From NCBI RefSeq assembly GCF_002113885.1, contig NW_018407435.1:1320958-1384957 (forward strand): a DNA stretch of 64,000 bases. Direction: 5' to 3'. The stretch's first letter is position 1. Every line of letters begins with the position of its first letter. A program made the translations under genes and the position numbers. Below, one piece after another: positions 1-13,714 of the stretch. This DNA comes from Mizuhopecten yessoensis (Eukaryota). The notes under the pieces are model-generated. The model had not been told where the DNA came from. It searched no databases and saw only the letters and a list, made by a program, of their open reading frames with translations.

Positions 1-685
1 GAAAGAAATATATCCAATAAACAAGTGTAAGCTGTGACGTCAGAGGAACATATTTGTGTGGTATAATGCTTTTGTACACCTACAGTTGTTCTTTAAATCA
101 TCTTATATGTTCTGCAAAACATCATTCGTTATGATACCGTATTGATGTTTAATTTTAACTTGATCCGCGGACAAAATGATGCTAAGGACGGAATATTGAC
201 GTCACGTTATCATACCGTAAAATGACGCTAAAACGTTCGCAGCTCATTCTTGTTTCAATTCATCTATTTGATCAATGGTTAACAACCGATAAGTTCCGAA
301 CATAAAAATAGTTCGGCTACTAGGGTAATACAACATCTGATAATCACCAGGAATAGAATAAATTTCTTTATAAGACGTCGGAGCTTCAATATATTGCACG
401 TCTGCGAAATAAACGATTTCAATCGACGACGTCAGACAGATATATATATATATGTTGTATTTATTTATATATGTTTCCCTACACATTATTCGTGCATATT
501 ATAGATCATTTTACTTTAATTGTAAGCCTGCAAAGTTAAAGTTGGCTGTCAAATCCCAAACGCGCTTGTCGATGTTAAACTACGTCATCACCACATAGTG
601 GGCGTCATAGTATATTGTGACGTTTATGACAATGACATTTTGTTTGAAATGGTCGACAGTTTTGCATATATGCATATCTATTATT

Positions 686-871
686 GGGCCGCGATGGCCA
701 AGTGGTTAAGACGTCTGACATTCTGCCACCACTAGCTCTCCACCAATGGGTCGCGGGTTCGAAACCTACATGGGGCAGTCGAGAACTCTGGCTTTCCTCC
801 ACCACCATAAACCCGGCACGTCCTTAAATGACGATAGCTGTTAAAAGTACGTAAAAGGCAAACAAACCAAA
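686..871 (+). mobile_element. tRNA-derived SINE (family A, internally deleted copy)
   Basis: A box TGGCCAAGTGG, B box GGTTCGAAACC, CTGGCTTTCCTCCACC core, (AAAC)n-like tail; second copy at 59612-59830. Confidence 0.85.
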
Positions 872-3800
872 TACAATATGTTAAATTTCAACGTGTTTTA
901 TGAAAACTCGAACCGAACAACATTGGAGAACGAATTGACGTGCTGAATACGTAACGAGATCACTTCAACGTATTAAATTGCTGTAAAAAATATTCAGAAT
1001 TAATTTTGATCTTTTGTTTTTTCTCAGAGGCCCTACTCACCGTTAGGAATAAACAAAATTGACGCGTGAACCTATTGAACTTGGTTCGCAAAATTCCAAA
1101 TGTCACTATTGTTTTTGTTTTCATTTTGACCTTTGAACTTGAACTCGCGGCTTGCGGAAATAAATGTCAATACCGTCCCGCTTGATACTTTATATACTAC
1201 TTAATCATTCGAACATTGGGAAATCTTCGCTGCAGCTGATAAAGCTGCCAGCTAATATCATGATTGTCCCATTATTGGGAATGGCAGAATACCGCGAAGT
1301 AATTCTGCCACAACTGGCGCCCTTCCAGACGAAGGCACAGAAACTATGAAAGCCCTTCTTGCGCCGACTTGGACACGTTCAAAAGTTTCTACTAGCTCTT
1401 TTCGTTTTATTAACAGGACATACACGTCAGTTGGAAAATCTAAAATGCGCATGTCAACGCGACTGACGTCACAATAGATTTGAAGTCATTTCATAATGTG
1501 ACGTCAGTCATGTTGACATGCGCATATGATTTGTCAACCAACGTCATCATTTTTGTTGCAATTTGTTTCTGTGTTAGACAAATATAATCAAACTATGTGA
1601 CACGAACGTCATTTTACGTACAACAATAAAACTGTAGTTCCGCGGGCTGGTGTTTATATAAATATATCTCTGTTTGTTTTGTTGTTCTTTTAAAAATAAA
1701 AAGTGGCAGATTATTTTGTTAATCATTAATTTTGAAATGATAAAGCAGTATACTTATTGTGCAGTGTTGATTTCGAGCGATATGATCATGAATCAACCTC
1801 ATCAACATACTTTCATTGTATAATACTGCCCCGCAGTTACAGTGAAAGGGATTAAACATGCACCATATATATTATGTACACCGACAAATAGAAGTCATTT
1901 TAGAAACATCTAGCTTTAGTTAATAATTACTAACAATAACACTTGATTGTACATCTATTTTAACATACCTACTAAATTTATATCTCTGTTTTATAGCGCT
2001 AAGATAAACCAACCAACGAGAGATATTGTTATTAATAAATAACAGCCAGTACCGTTACAAATGACTGTTTTCAAGTCGGAAACTGTTTGATATATACTGT
2101 TGTTAAATTCTCGACAAAGCGACATTTCCCTGGATGGATGGCAGTATAACGGGGTATTATTGTCAGTCAGCCGCAAAACAAAAGCATTGCCTGTTGTACC
2201 CTTTGTCCCCTTACATTACCCTGCCCGCCCTGGACCTGCTCCTAATTGAATTCACACCCAAAAAGGGTTTCTGTAGCTACGCCTCTGACAGTATCCCTCT
2301 GACCTACAGAAAGTATTGTGTACACATTAACACTGGCAGTTTATCGGGGTATTATTATTATAATAACAGTATTCCTGTCACCTATAGTGCACGCATCATC
2401 GAATAGCGTATTTTCCTTTGACCTATACAGTAGTGTACGCATCTTCAAATGCTGGCAGTTTAACGGGGTTTCATTTAAATGTTCTTTTCCTGAGCTTGTA
2501 TGTACATATCATATCGTTCATGGCAGTATAGCAAGGTTTTATCATACTTACTTATGTACATGTATGATAACGGACATGGACGACCTGCTATATTACTACA
2601 TCTGGCGCACCATTGGAGTAAGTACAACATGTAGATATACTGAGTGTCGAGTATACATGGACATGCTGTCTACTGTGTGTTTACTCCGCCGGCAAATCAA
2701 CGTCTGTAACGACTTAAATTTCTTTTTATAGGGAGTCTCAAACCGGAGGTGGGTAATAACATAATGGCCATGTGCGTACACTAGTACGTGAATCCTGACG
2801 TCATTTCCGCTAGAGGAAGACACATGTATATATACAAACCCATTACTATGCATGTATTGACTCGCGCGTGGTTCGTGCCTGATATGTATTTACTTCTGTG
2901 TACAAATGTATTGGTATTTAAAAGATTTACAACACCGAGGAGACCTATTTATGGATTTTACTCCAAGATTACGATGCTTTCTCGTGATGGGTTGTCATAG
3001 ACGGACAAAGTGGTCAAAGTGAGTCAATTTATCACAATTTTATGTAGTTTTCTTGTACAAGTTAACTTTTCGGTAACGTTTTTCCTCGAGGGTTGCTGAC
3101 AGAAAACGGATGTAAAAATGAATATTTGTTCGTTTTTGAAGGGGGAGGGGGAATGGCAGTGATGCTGCCATCAGCATCATGCAAATGGGGTCCAGAGGAT
3201 GAACATGCATTTAGGAAGAGAGGGTCAAAAGGCTGTCTTGGAATTAATTTTTAATTCAATGGGAGTTAGTCTGTCTTTAACATAATTATAGTGCTATTCC
3301 CCCCCCCCTCCCCCTTTTTTCTCAGTCCTGTAACATTCGTGTATATTATTTAACGTTTCTCTTGAAGCTTACAGTTTCGCTTATTTTAATCAACTAACTG
3401 AAACCAATATCGTCATGGCTTCTTTTTTAAGCAATTCTAATAGCATAAAAACATACTTTTCTCGAAGCATAATTGCACAGAGTCAAGTGTAATACCTCTG
3501 AGAGGATGGAAGTGATATATTTTCGCTGTGTTTTAACTACAATTTCAAGTGTACGTCAATCAGAGAGAGGGAGCATTTCCTCTGTCCTGTAGATATGTAA
3601 CTAAGTATGCCTATTGGAGATAGCGAAGGTTTTCAGAATAGGACACTATTTCACCGCCGAACAGATTGAGGCCGAGTTTGAAGTAGAATGTTGTAAAAAT
3701 TACAATCGATTGGAGCGAAGCTGAGATCTCTTCCTGAAATTGTAGCAAATAATAGTTTTGAAAGAGAGAAAAACAGGGTAATGGCTATCTTCAAAATTAA

Positions 3801-3880
3801 ATGGTTACGTTCCCGATACACGTATTTTTCTTTGTTCCATTGGATTTTCTAATCACAAAAGCAAAGGCTCGCGGTAAGCT

Positions 3881-4211
3881 TTTTGATTGGTCCAAGACAC
3901 CAAAAACTGACCAATCACAAGGCTGATAGACACTGGTGCTTGAGTTTTGAAGATTATCCAGAAGCTACTTTGGAGGTTGCAGCTGATTGATTTTACCGAA
4001 ATGCTGTCGCGCGATTCACTTGTATTTTTAATTATCAAAGTTATAATCTGAGGTCACAGATAAAAACAGAAACTTTGATTGTGTCATGAGAAAATCCAAG
4101 CTTGCATAAAAGACACTGTGAAGTCTGCATCTCAGAAAAACTCGATGTTTTATGAAGCGTAATAAGATTTAACATTAGCGCTTTAACAAACAAACATACG
4201 AAATAGTAAGT
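3881..4211 (+). promoter_or_regulatory. Candidate distal promoter and non-coding first exon
   Basis: Inverted CCAAT pair (ATTGG 3886, CCAAT 3911), CpG-containing CGCGCG at about 4008, GTAAGT donor at 4206. Motif evidence only. Confidence 0.35.
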
Positions 4212-4899
4212 GCTGTATAATCTGTGTCAATATATACGTATAGTTCTCGTACAAACCTTTATTGTAACGTTCTCATGTTTCATATTAAGTGTAGCACCGG
4301 TATATGCATGCACGTTAGCATGTTTCATGACGTCAATCCATTTTTGATATGCACTAAACGTCCTCTCATCCGGTTCACGTGAATTGTTTATGACGTAGGT
4401 AATGGCCTCTTACCGACATATATTGTTTCCTGGTACAATGCACTGCTCATTATTGAATGTTTTTTTGTTGTTATTTTTTGTCGGGTTTTTTTTGTAAAAG
4501 TTATTTGCTATAGCAAAAATGAAGCAGGACTTTCCCCTGTAAATTAAAATACTGAAATGCGAATGCGTGAAAACGTCAGTCGTTTGGTATAAGGAAATGT
4601 TGTCAGGCCAGGAAGCGTGCTACTTAGCGCCTTATCGTTTAATTAGTACTTACTATGAAAATTCTGTGTAAAACTCAGGTCACGGTGTTTTCCCCTCTTA
4701 GCAGAATTACAAGTAAACTGACCTGTGGCCGGACATTGCTGTATACCGTTAATGACCTACTCAAGACTTCCGTCCGCCGCTGATGAAGGTCGTTACAAAA
4801 TGCAGTTGCTTTGTGTACACATACGGGGTTGCCTTTCTCATATGTAAATAAAGTGCATTGTAAATTGCATATCAACACTCAACTAAAACGGGTTTTTTT

Positions 4900-5825
4900 C
4901 GTAGTTCTTTCGAATTTTGTGAACCTTTCTTTAAATACTGCACTAAGTACAGATTATGAGTTACACAACGCAAAGACTAGAGTAATTACCGTTAAAAACT
5001 ACAGGGCAATGCTAGTGGATTTTGGCAAAATAGAAAAACAGCGAAATACATACATAGACATGAAAATGTAGAAAAGTCGCAAAGTGATTGCTTATATTTC
5101 TAATATACATTAACATGAACAAAATTAACATAGCTTCAAATAGAAAATTTAATTTAAACATGAGATAAGATTCTTTAATAAACTAAAAAATAAATAAACG
5201 AGAGTAATAAATTATTCATGTATAAAGACTTAAAGATGGAGTATGTCCCTGAAAAATACCTGAACATTAACAGTAGTAATTTAAGGAAAATGTTTACTTC
5301 ATTTCGTTTATGTGAAGACAAAGCTGGAGCTAGCCATGGGGCGTCTCAAAAGTATACCAAGAGACCAGAGACTGTAAAAAATGTGGTGTGTTAGAAAATA
5401 AAGTACACTTCTTTTTTCGCTGTTCCCTTAATGAATCTGCCAGAAAAGAATATTTCTAAAAATGCATTCCCAATCACAACGATGTTACCTTAGATACCAA
5501 TTATTTGACCTCAATATTATCTACAAACTACTCTCAATTTATACTGGACTCTTGCTTGTTCATTAAACAGTCTCTAGAACTGATGAGAGTGGGCTTGCTG
5601 ACAGTCTAAGGTATGGACTTTGCAGCTAAATATGTTTAAATCAAATTTTCCATTTGAAGCTATGTTAATTTTGTTCATGTTAATGTATATTAGAAATATA
5701 AGCAATCACTTTGCGACTTTTCTACATGTCTATGTATGTATTTCAATGTGTTTTTCTATTTTGCCTTCAAACTACTTTGTAGAACTTTATAAATGTGCAA
5801 ATAAAATTTTGAATTTGAATTTGTA
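4900..5825 (+). mobile_element. Degenerate 3' end of a non-LTR retrotransposon (LINE)
   Basis: Frameshifted LELAMGRLKSIPRDQRL-C-KKCGVLENKVHFFFRCSLN resembles the C-terminal CCHC module of LINE ORF2. It is followed by AATAAA and a (TTTGAA)n tail at 5800-5823. The left boundary is approximate. Confidence 0.7.
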
Positions 5826-6009
5826 ACCGTCTGACCGGAATGAATCCAAGGAAGCAATTTTTTCGACAGAGTTTGATGAAATGCGGTTAGTGACATACAG
5901 TATATTTGAAGACGATCCAATGGTATACGATGACATGATGACAATGTTTTCATATTAATAATAATAAAATTACTAATTCAAAGTTTCCGATATTATGATG
6001 ACGCTTTTT

Positions 6010-6365
6010 TAATAATAATGATAATAATAATTCAAAATTCTTAAACACCACTTTATCATAACCTAGGTCGTAGATCGATTCAAAGCGGTTCACAAATTAT
6101 AATCCGTGGTTTTGGGGCATTTGCAGCCAGGCAACATCTTTCTCTACTCCCTGAGGAGCATATAACCGGTGCTGCTATTAAGGCGCTCACAGCTAGCATT
6201 CAACAATTCTAGCACTGCCCAACCACGTACCGATGTACAGCTGACCAGACTGGAACAAACGGAGTAAAGTATATTGTTCAAAGATGGAAGATAAGTGACG
6301 TGTCTCGAACTCGCAATCCTTTGGTCGCGTGCCCGGCGTCCTACCACCAGACTATCGTGCCTCCG
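6010..6365 (-). mobile_element. tRNA-derived SINE (family B)
   Basis: Minus strand reads GGAGGCACGATAGTCTGGTGGTAGGACG..GAGTTCGAGAC (A/B boxes), a conserved-domain-like centre, and a (TTA)n tail. Confidence 0.75.
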
Positions 6366-6539
6366 TAAAAATGCTGCTAGTCATTTGTAATTTGGTTCGC
6401 TATAAAGAATCTAGCATGGGTCCTATAAAACGAAGTAGGATCGCCCCGCAAAATTCACGTTAATGTACAAGTCTACAATATGGTGATGCTTATTATGTAC
6501 GATTGCAATGACATGCCAGCAGACCATCGCGGTTAGAAC

Positions 6540-6803
6540 TATAGCTTGTCATTGAGCTCCCAAGATGTCGTTGGAAGGACGGTTCCATCGCAAAACAAAA
6601 CACTTCTTTGCCTCCAGACCACACACGCATGCATGCACACATGTGGAGGTATTAGCAAAGTAGCTAAGGACCAGTAGTTTACGTATTATGAAAAAAAATT
6701 CCTGTGAAAGCTGTATTAAGTGTATGAATTGATTAACTTTAGCTTTGGGATGGCTTATTTTAGCTGGATATAGAGCGCTTTATCAAATGCTGTATTATAT
6801 ATT
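6540..6803 (+). mobile_element. Degenerate 3' part of SINE family C
   Basis: Colinear similarity to 25100-25360 (CTCCAG-CA repeat, TATTAGC, GGAC.AGTAGTTT, CCTGTGAA, TGGCTTAT..TAGCT.GATA, GCGCT.TATCAAATG). Confidence 0.6.
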
Positions 6804-9800
6804 GTGATAAATTGAGGACAGCGAGCGTGGGAGAAGCCTATAGGAGTCCTGAAAAGGCGATTACTAGAAGTCAGGTGGGCCAAAACCTATTTTTCTAATT
6901 TCAAGTCGTCATTTCCAGTCGTCATGGGAACGGGTCCTGAAATATGTACAGTTTCGTGCATATTTTCATTTCCAAAGCATATTTAAAAATTCGTCACAGA
7001 TTTGATTTTAAAACTTGCCACATGAGTCTATCCCTGAAGAGAAGAGATGCCCTTTTATTATTTAAAGTTTCCAAATGAGACATTTTGAGTGTCTGTGTGT
7101 GGTTTTGTGGGTCTGGGACGAGGGGAGGGGGTAGTTGAGGGAAGGATTACTTCTTGTCGNGGGGTGGGGGGGGTTAAACCGTCATTAAAAGCATAAAGGT
7201 AACAGTCTTTCAATAAGCATGTCTCTACAAACACGCGGTATGTGATAGTGTAGATGGGCGTAACTTACAGCGATTACAGAAGATTTTGGTTGAGCCAGGT
7301 ATATAAATACATACAGTGAAATTTAATTTAAATGCCACTTCACTTTTGTGACTTTACAGGTACGTAGTATATTACTTTCCAATATCAATTTGGCGTAGTC
7401 AATGTCTGTAGTCAGTGGAAGAGATAAGCATACCAATATGTGAGGTTACAATATTAAAATAAAATATCAAAGTGAGTTGAATCAGAAAAAGTCAATACGA
7501 AATGAAAGGTTCTTATATTTGTATATATATATACAAAAAGTTTACTTTATCGTTGTGTGGACAGGGGCTCAGTGACGGTGAAAAGTTCGCTATATCAACA
7601 GTAGAGATTATAATATATCAGCTTTACACAATCTTGTGTAGACTTTGACCAAAATATTAAATAAATAATCGTTTACAGGCATATCGGCATCGTAAAAGAT
7701 CCTTGGTCATATTACATATTGTAAGTCAACAACGAAGCTCGCCGTTGATATCCTGTGTGGGAACACAATACTCCTGGAGTTTTACGCAGAGTGACGTAAA
7801 TTCAACTGTTTTATTCCTGATACTTAAGTTGTTTAACACTTGTTAAAGTTCTTCACGTTTAATGGGTTTTCTGAACTCGGGCCAGCGTAAAATAGGTGAC
7901 GTATCGAATAAAAAGTGCTTTGTTGCATTCCGTACTATGATGTGACTGGAGAGCGATTTCTATCGCACGTTAAACATTTAAGCGGCTAACAACAGCGGTA
8001 ATCCAGATGTGGTTAAATGGGCAGCCGTTCAATAAACCCAACCTGGGCACTGTACACACTAGGTCAGAACTTCGCTAATGGCACTTCAATTAGTAGCTAA
8101 GTGAAAACTGATGGACATCTACTTAATTGTGTTTGTGTAAATCAGCCAATACATCGTAATCAATATGATGTTAAACGGATTATATACCTGAGTTATATAC
8201 GTGTGTGTAACTTAAGGCTGTGGTGCTTTAAACTGGACCGATTCAATGCCCTGTTGATCTGGGTTGTTTTGTTTTCATTTTGGGATATAATTATAAATCA
8301 AGCGAACTGTTCGACGAATGAGGGGTATTCGAGTAAACCGAGTTCGAGGAAGTGGGGTTTTACTGTATACATGCTTCTATTTTGTGCGAGAGAAATAAGA
8401 AAATTCTGGAATTGTTTACTTATGTGAAGAAATATTTCCAGTTCTTCAAATTTCCATGAGGTACGTATCTAATTGAAATATCAAGTGTCATCGCAACGCA
8501 ACAACTTAATTATATAAGTTGAATGACGGTATGTCCGCTGTCATTATAAGGTCACTTTCAGTAAAGTGTCATCTCAATGTTCTAAGGTCATAACTTGGAC
8601 ACGTTAGCATGTCACCGACCAGGCACATTATTCTACAGGAAATCTGTATGGAAAACCATTTTATTTATCTTTTTTGTTGTTTGTTTTCAATTGCAATGAT
8701 TTGTTAACCTCAACCTAAGAATCAAGACGTCCTGGTGTCGTCTTAATCTTATATAGCTTTGATTGACTGACAGAAATGTATTTTACGTCAGAGTTAATTA
8801 GCTCAATGACGAACTGCATTTCCAACAGAATTTCACTCCGGTTCGTTTTCTGGTGACGACTCCGAACTTTTACAAAGTGTTTCAATCAGTTCTACATCTT
8901 TTCTTTTATATCTGAGAAGATCTGGTTTCAGTGGACTCAACTGGCTAAAATTTAAAATGTCAATAGGAACGTTTCAATGGCACTATATAGTACCCTTTTA
9001 TGTGGAAGACTTGTGACACTCTCATATAATAAATTGTATTTGAGAAAAACTGCTTTTATTTCACGCAGCATTGTGTTTCCCCGTAAAGGCCCACCTCAAT
9101 TTTTGTTGAGAAAAAAAAAAAAAAAAATGCCGTCGGAACTGTAGGAGTTTTGTACCAGACACATTTGATGTAGTTCAAATCGGTTTATCTGTTTGCCCAT
9201 TTGTAAATATTATAGTTAGGATTTTTTCCCTAAAATGGGAATGTCCAAATTTTCAAAGGTTTTATTCGAAAAAACATGTTTTATATTTCGGAAATAGCAG
9301 TCGCTTAAACATTGAGTAATTCCATGTTGAAAAGTGGTGAAATCGAGCAATTCTGTGGGCAGTCCGTATCGCCCACGGATGGACCAATAAACAAAGCGAA
9401 AAATGGCATCCATTCACGTTCAGATATAACTCCGATACACAATAGCCACTTTTTATATCTCGTGTAGACCTACAAAATGTACATTGCATCTGTGCCTATA
9501 CTATCATCATGACTGACAAATGGTTGACACGAATGATTGACGCTCAGATATTCAAAAAAACATAGAAAAGTTCGATCAAATTTGTTTATAATAGCAAAAA
9601 AAAGTGTGCAGGCTGATTTACTGGAAATATATCCATGGTATTTTGTTGTTTTCAGTGAAAAAAATACAATGCATCATTTAGATAGCATGCGACTTTTACC
9701 ATTCCATGTATTTAAAACTTGATGAAATAAAGTTAAAGAATCATGTCCGGTCCGTTTTTTAATTATCTGGCGGGAAATAGAACGACCTGTGACGTAATCG

Positions 9801-10582
9801 AAAATGGCAGATGGAAAGTTTTTCGAAGCGCTGCAGTTTGAGAAGACTGTTCATAGATAGACACTAGCATTTCCAACTTACCTAGATGGAAATATGTTTT
9901 CAGATATATCTATGTTATGCAGTTAAAGAAGTAAATATGTAAGCTTTCCAGTGTCTAGGAAACTTCAGGTAACAGAAATTTTGCTTTTGAGATTGTCGTG
10001 ACAGGCTGTTGATCATTTCGTTCAATCTTAGAATGAATGAGTTTGTTTAGTTATAAGACCTTTGAAATAACACATTACCAATAATGTGATTGTTACCTAC
10101 AAGATGGTTAACGTTGCATCCATGCCATTGAACGACTGTTTTGTTTTGTTAAAAAATTGTTAACTTTGTGTACAGTAGTTTTTGGGGTATGGGTTTTTTT
10201 TGGGGGGGGGGGGCCGGTTGGAGATGGAAGTTGGTAGAAAAATTGATATAATATTTATTTCCGAATTCTGCCAGGCCCCATCCCTTCAGTATCAAATGAC
10301 CATCCCCTAGCGACAGTCCATATCAAAGAACATGATAATGCAGACATAGTTTCTCATAAATTTGCCGTTATTATTTCATCTTCATCAGTAGATATTATGT
10401 GAGGAGTCAACATCAGATAGTTGTTTTTACTTTCTCATGCTTGCCGTTGCAAGGAATAATTGTTCAAATGCATACATCATGTTCCCCGTATTAAATTCTT
10501 TAAAGTGTCTGTAAATCACAGATGATGTACAGACCAGGGACCACTAAGCAAGTATTCCATTCATTTTTAAAAGGCAGCAGTG

Positions 10583-11189
10583 AAAAGGGCTATGTATGGT
10601 TTGGGCCTTTTTTGGCCCCCAAATCCATCAAAATTAAAAATCTTCAATATTGAACTTTCAAATAACTGTTTCTTTAATTTTGAATACCTCCCTTTTACTA
10701 TAATGTAAACATTTATTTAGGTTTTCAATTATGGCTGCCATGGTAACCAGTTAATATTTGCATTTAATTATAAATTAATTAAATTTGAAAATTCAGTAAA
10801 TTTTGACAGGTTTTTGCCTACTTTTTCTCTTAGTTAGTTACCATAGAGCGCACTCTTGAACAAACTTAAATTTCTCCTAAAGATGTATTACAGGTGCCTA
10901 CACATTATCCTTTGATTTTGAGTTTGTTCAAGCATGCGGTCTACAGTTTCCAGGAGAAAAACTATGCAAAATATGACAAAATTCACTGAATATTCATTTT
11001 TTTCTAATTTATGCAAATTTGAACTTGTTACCATGGCAACACTAATTAGAAATATAAATAAATATTTTCATGACAGTGTTTGGGAAGTATTTAAAATAAA
11101 AGAAACAGTCATTTCAACAATCATTTAAAGATTTTGAATTTTGATGCATTTGGGGGCCAAAGCATGCCCAAACCATACATAGTCCTTTT
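10583..11189. mobile_element. Non-autonomous DNA transposon (MITE) with about 60-bp TIRs
   Basis: AAAAGGGCTATGTATGGTTTGGGC..GGCCCCCAAAT.CATCAAAATT is mirrored at 11128-11189. Confidence 0.85.
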
Positions 11190-12172
11190 ACGCATCATTC
11201 AGAGGTTTTTTACGAATTATTTATCTCAATATTACTAAAGTTTTCTTGGTTTCAAGATATGATGTCTATCAAAAAAAAATGTTGATCAATCAGAAAAAAT
11301 AATTCTAGTGCCAATTTCTTCTTTACATAGTAACCAAATAATTTCAGAATTTTGTTATGGAATAGAAATTTGCAACATTTTTTGTTAATAATGCATGAAA
11401 TATAAGGAGGCAGAAACCAAATTGGATCACTATATATGCAAAAATACTTGTTAATTTATCAATAAATGTATCAACATGTAGGTTATTACAATAATGTATC
11501 CTTATAATACATAGTTATACATCATTCTCAGCCTAGATATGATTATTTTTTAAGTTCAGATAGCATCAGAAGATGTATTTCAAATGCAAAATCTAGTATT
11601 ATTTTTTCTTTGAAGATTGAAAAGTACGTAAGAATTGTGTATTGGAATTTTGATTACGATCTCAAAAATCAGGAAATATATGTTTGTGTCCTTGTTTTTA
11701 GAATTAATGTCCTTGCAACATCTGAGGTCAAATGGAGACTGGCAAGAACCCAAACAAATCAAGATAAACTGTAGGGTAGAGATATAGGGCTACCAATTTA
11801 GCAGAAACATAGAGGTTCCCCAACGAGTGGTGGTTGATTTAATATCATGTTTATCTATCTCGAGTTAGTTAATTTTCAAATTGAATAAAGACACAAGGTT
11901 TACCGAGTGACTTTTGCGATATGAAAATGATAACCTACCATCACGATAACGTTAATATTCATATCTGCAAAGCCATATGTTTCCCTTGAAAATACACTAT
12001 GTCAGCTTCCGATGGGGGAAACCGTGAATCATGACGTCACTATTGAAGATGACGTCGCAAAGCATTGACATGGGTAACCAAAAATGTTTACCAACTCCTA
12101 ATAGGTTTATTCAATGAATTGGGGGGTGAGGAAACCTATAGTGGTTTTGGGAGAAATATGTGTTGCCTGATA

Positions 12173-13143
12173 CAGTGATAAATCTAGGATTTGTGTGAGT
12201 GAGTCCTTGGGACCCACCTGTTCTGGACCCATGGGTCCCAGCAACGGCTGCCATAGGCAGCAGGCGAGGAGCGAGGCGACGAAGTGGGGGAGGGGGCTGT
12301 GGCCCCCGCCCTCAAGGGGGGTATGGGGGGTCTCCCTCAGAAAAATTTAAGAATGTAGATGCAAAATCCTGCATTCTGAGCACATTTCAAGTAACAATTC
12401 CTACTTTTGACATTGTCAGAAAATGTTGTTTTTTTCAATTTAAAAAAACAAATTATTACTGTATACAGCTTCCACACCTCATCCCCACCTCAACCTAAAA
12501 CTTCCATTGGGTCCTATTTCAAAATAATGCGTTACACAACCATACACTAATTATAAAATAATACAAACGCTTAAACAACAACTCTTATTCTTTATTTTCG
12601 TGACAAGGGGCATTTCACTTAAGGGCTTTCAGTTTGTATAGGCGCCTCTCCTTGCCCTCTTTCCATTGTTGGAGGAATTGCCGCCTCCCCTTCTTTATCC
12701 ACCACATCTTCTCTCTCATGGTCTTCGACATGATGCTTGTTGTCCCTTCCCCAGTCGTAGGACATCTTTGGGAGGCATTGTTTACATTCGTCCACAGTCA
12801 ACCCTGCTCACTGAACTAATGCGCGATTGGCTGGTTACTGGAAATCGGTATCCAATCAGCCCGTCACTTACATGTATATGAAAGACCCGTACGCTATAAT
12901 TAGAACAGGGAATTTCCACCACGGGAGTTCCACACATGATCGATGATGAAAGCAAAAACGACACGGGACAGCACCTTTTGATTTTGGTCAGATTTATTTG
13001 TTAACCAGTTTGACATGAGGTTGTACAACATAAGTATCTCCTAATTTTTTATGCGTCCCTAGGACGCTCATGGTTAGAATATGTGCGTCCTTTTCAATTT
13101 GTATGCGTCTCAGACGCAGGACGCGCACGTAGATTGATCACTG
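12173..13143. mobile_element. hAT-like non-autonomous DNA transposon
   Basis: TIRs CAGTGATAAATCTA / TAGATTGATCACTG, flanking direct repeat CTGATA, GC-rich subterminal region. Confidence 0.8.
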
Positions 13144-13714
13144 CTGATATGAATTGTATTAAAATTTTCTGATAATGTTCTGAGGCCAGAGTATGATCTT
13201 CGATATTATTAGAACATCGGTCAACTTTCTTTTATTGTATTCTGGTTAAAACCAAGGATATACAGTCAATCTCCAATAGATCATTCTATGAATAGACCAC
13301 TGTAATTTATCATTGATGTACAATTTCATAATTAATCTAATATTAGTTATCCACAGGAAAAAAATCTACTTGCCCCACTTGTATTTTCGTAGTTAATATT
13401 GAGAATTCTCACTGGCCCCGACAATAAAACCTATGTGCACTGGGCTTGTGAAATTGTTCACCGATGTTTACTATATAGAGTGTCTGTCATATTGAATTAG
13501 TGATGGATTTTCTCTTTCCTACCAACTTTAAGAAAGTCAGACACATATATTTCAGACAGAATGGAAAGTATCGTTTACATTATATATAAAAAAGATTTAG
13601 GATTTAGGACATTCCATTTTTCATATCATGGACTATCCTATCTAAAGTATTGACATCAATTTTTTTTCACTTTTCAGATTTTGATATTCTCAGCTGTTGG
13701 AAAGTCTTTCAGCC

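Noticed and set aside
2134-3000. Cluster of 70-137-aa ORFs
   Set aside because: No recognisable domain, AT-biased random-like composition, and no coherent splice structure.
7141-7175. G-run containing an N
   Set aside because: Homopolymer sequencing or assembly uncertainty, not a biological signal.
12199-12964. GC-rich ORFs suggesting a nested gene
   Set aside because: All lie inside the TIR-bounded transposon 12173-13143.
13697-13714. ORF-track start at TTG 13697
   Set aside because: This is a bacterial-style start call; the eukaryotic start is gccATGG at 13715.
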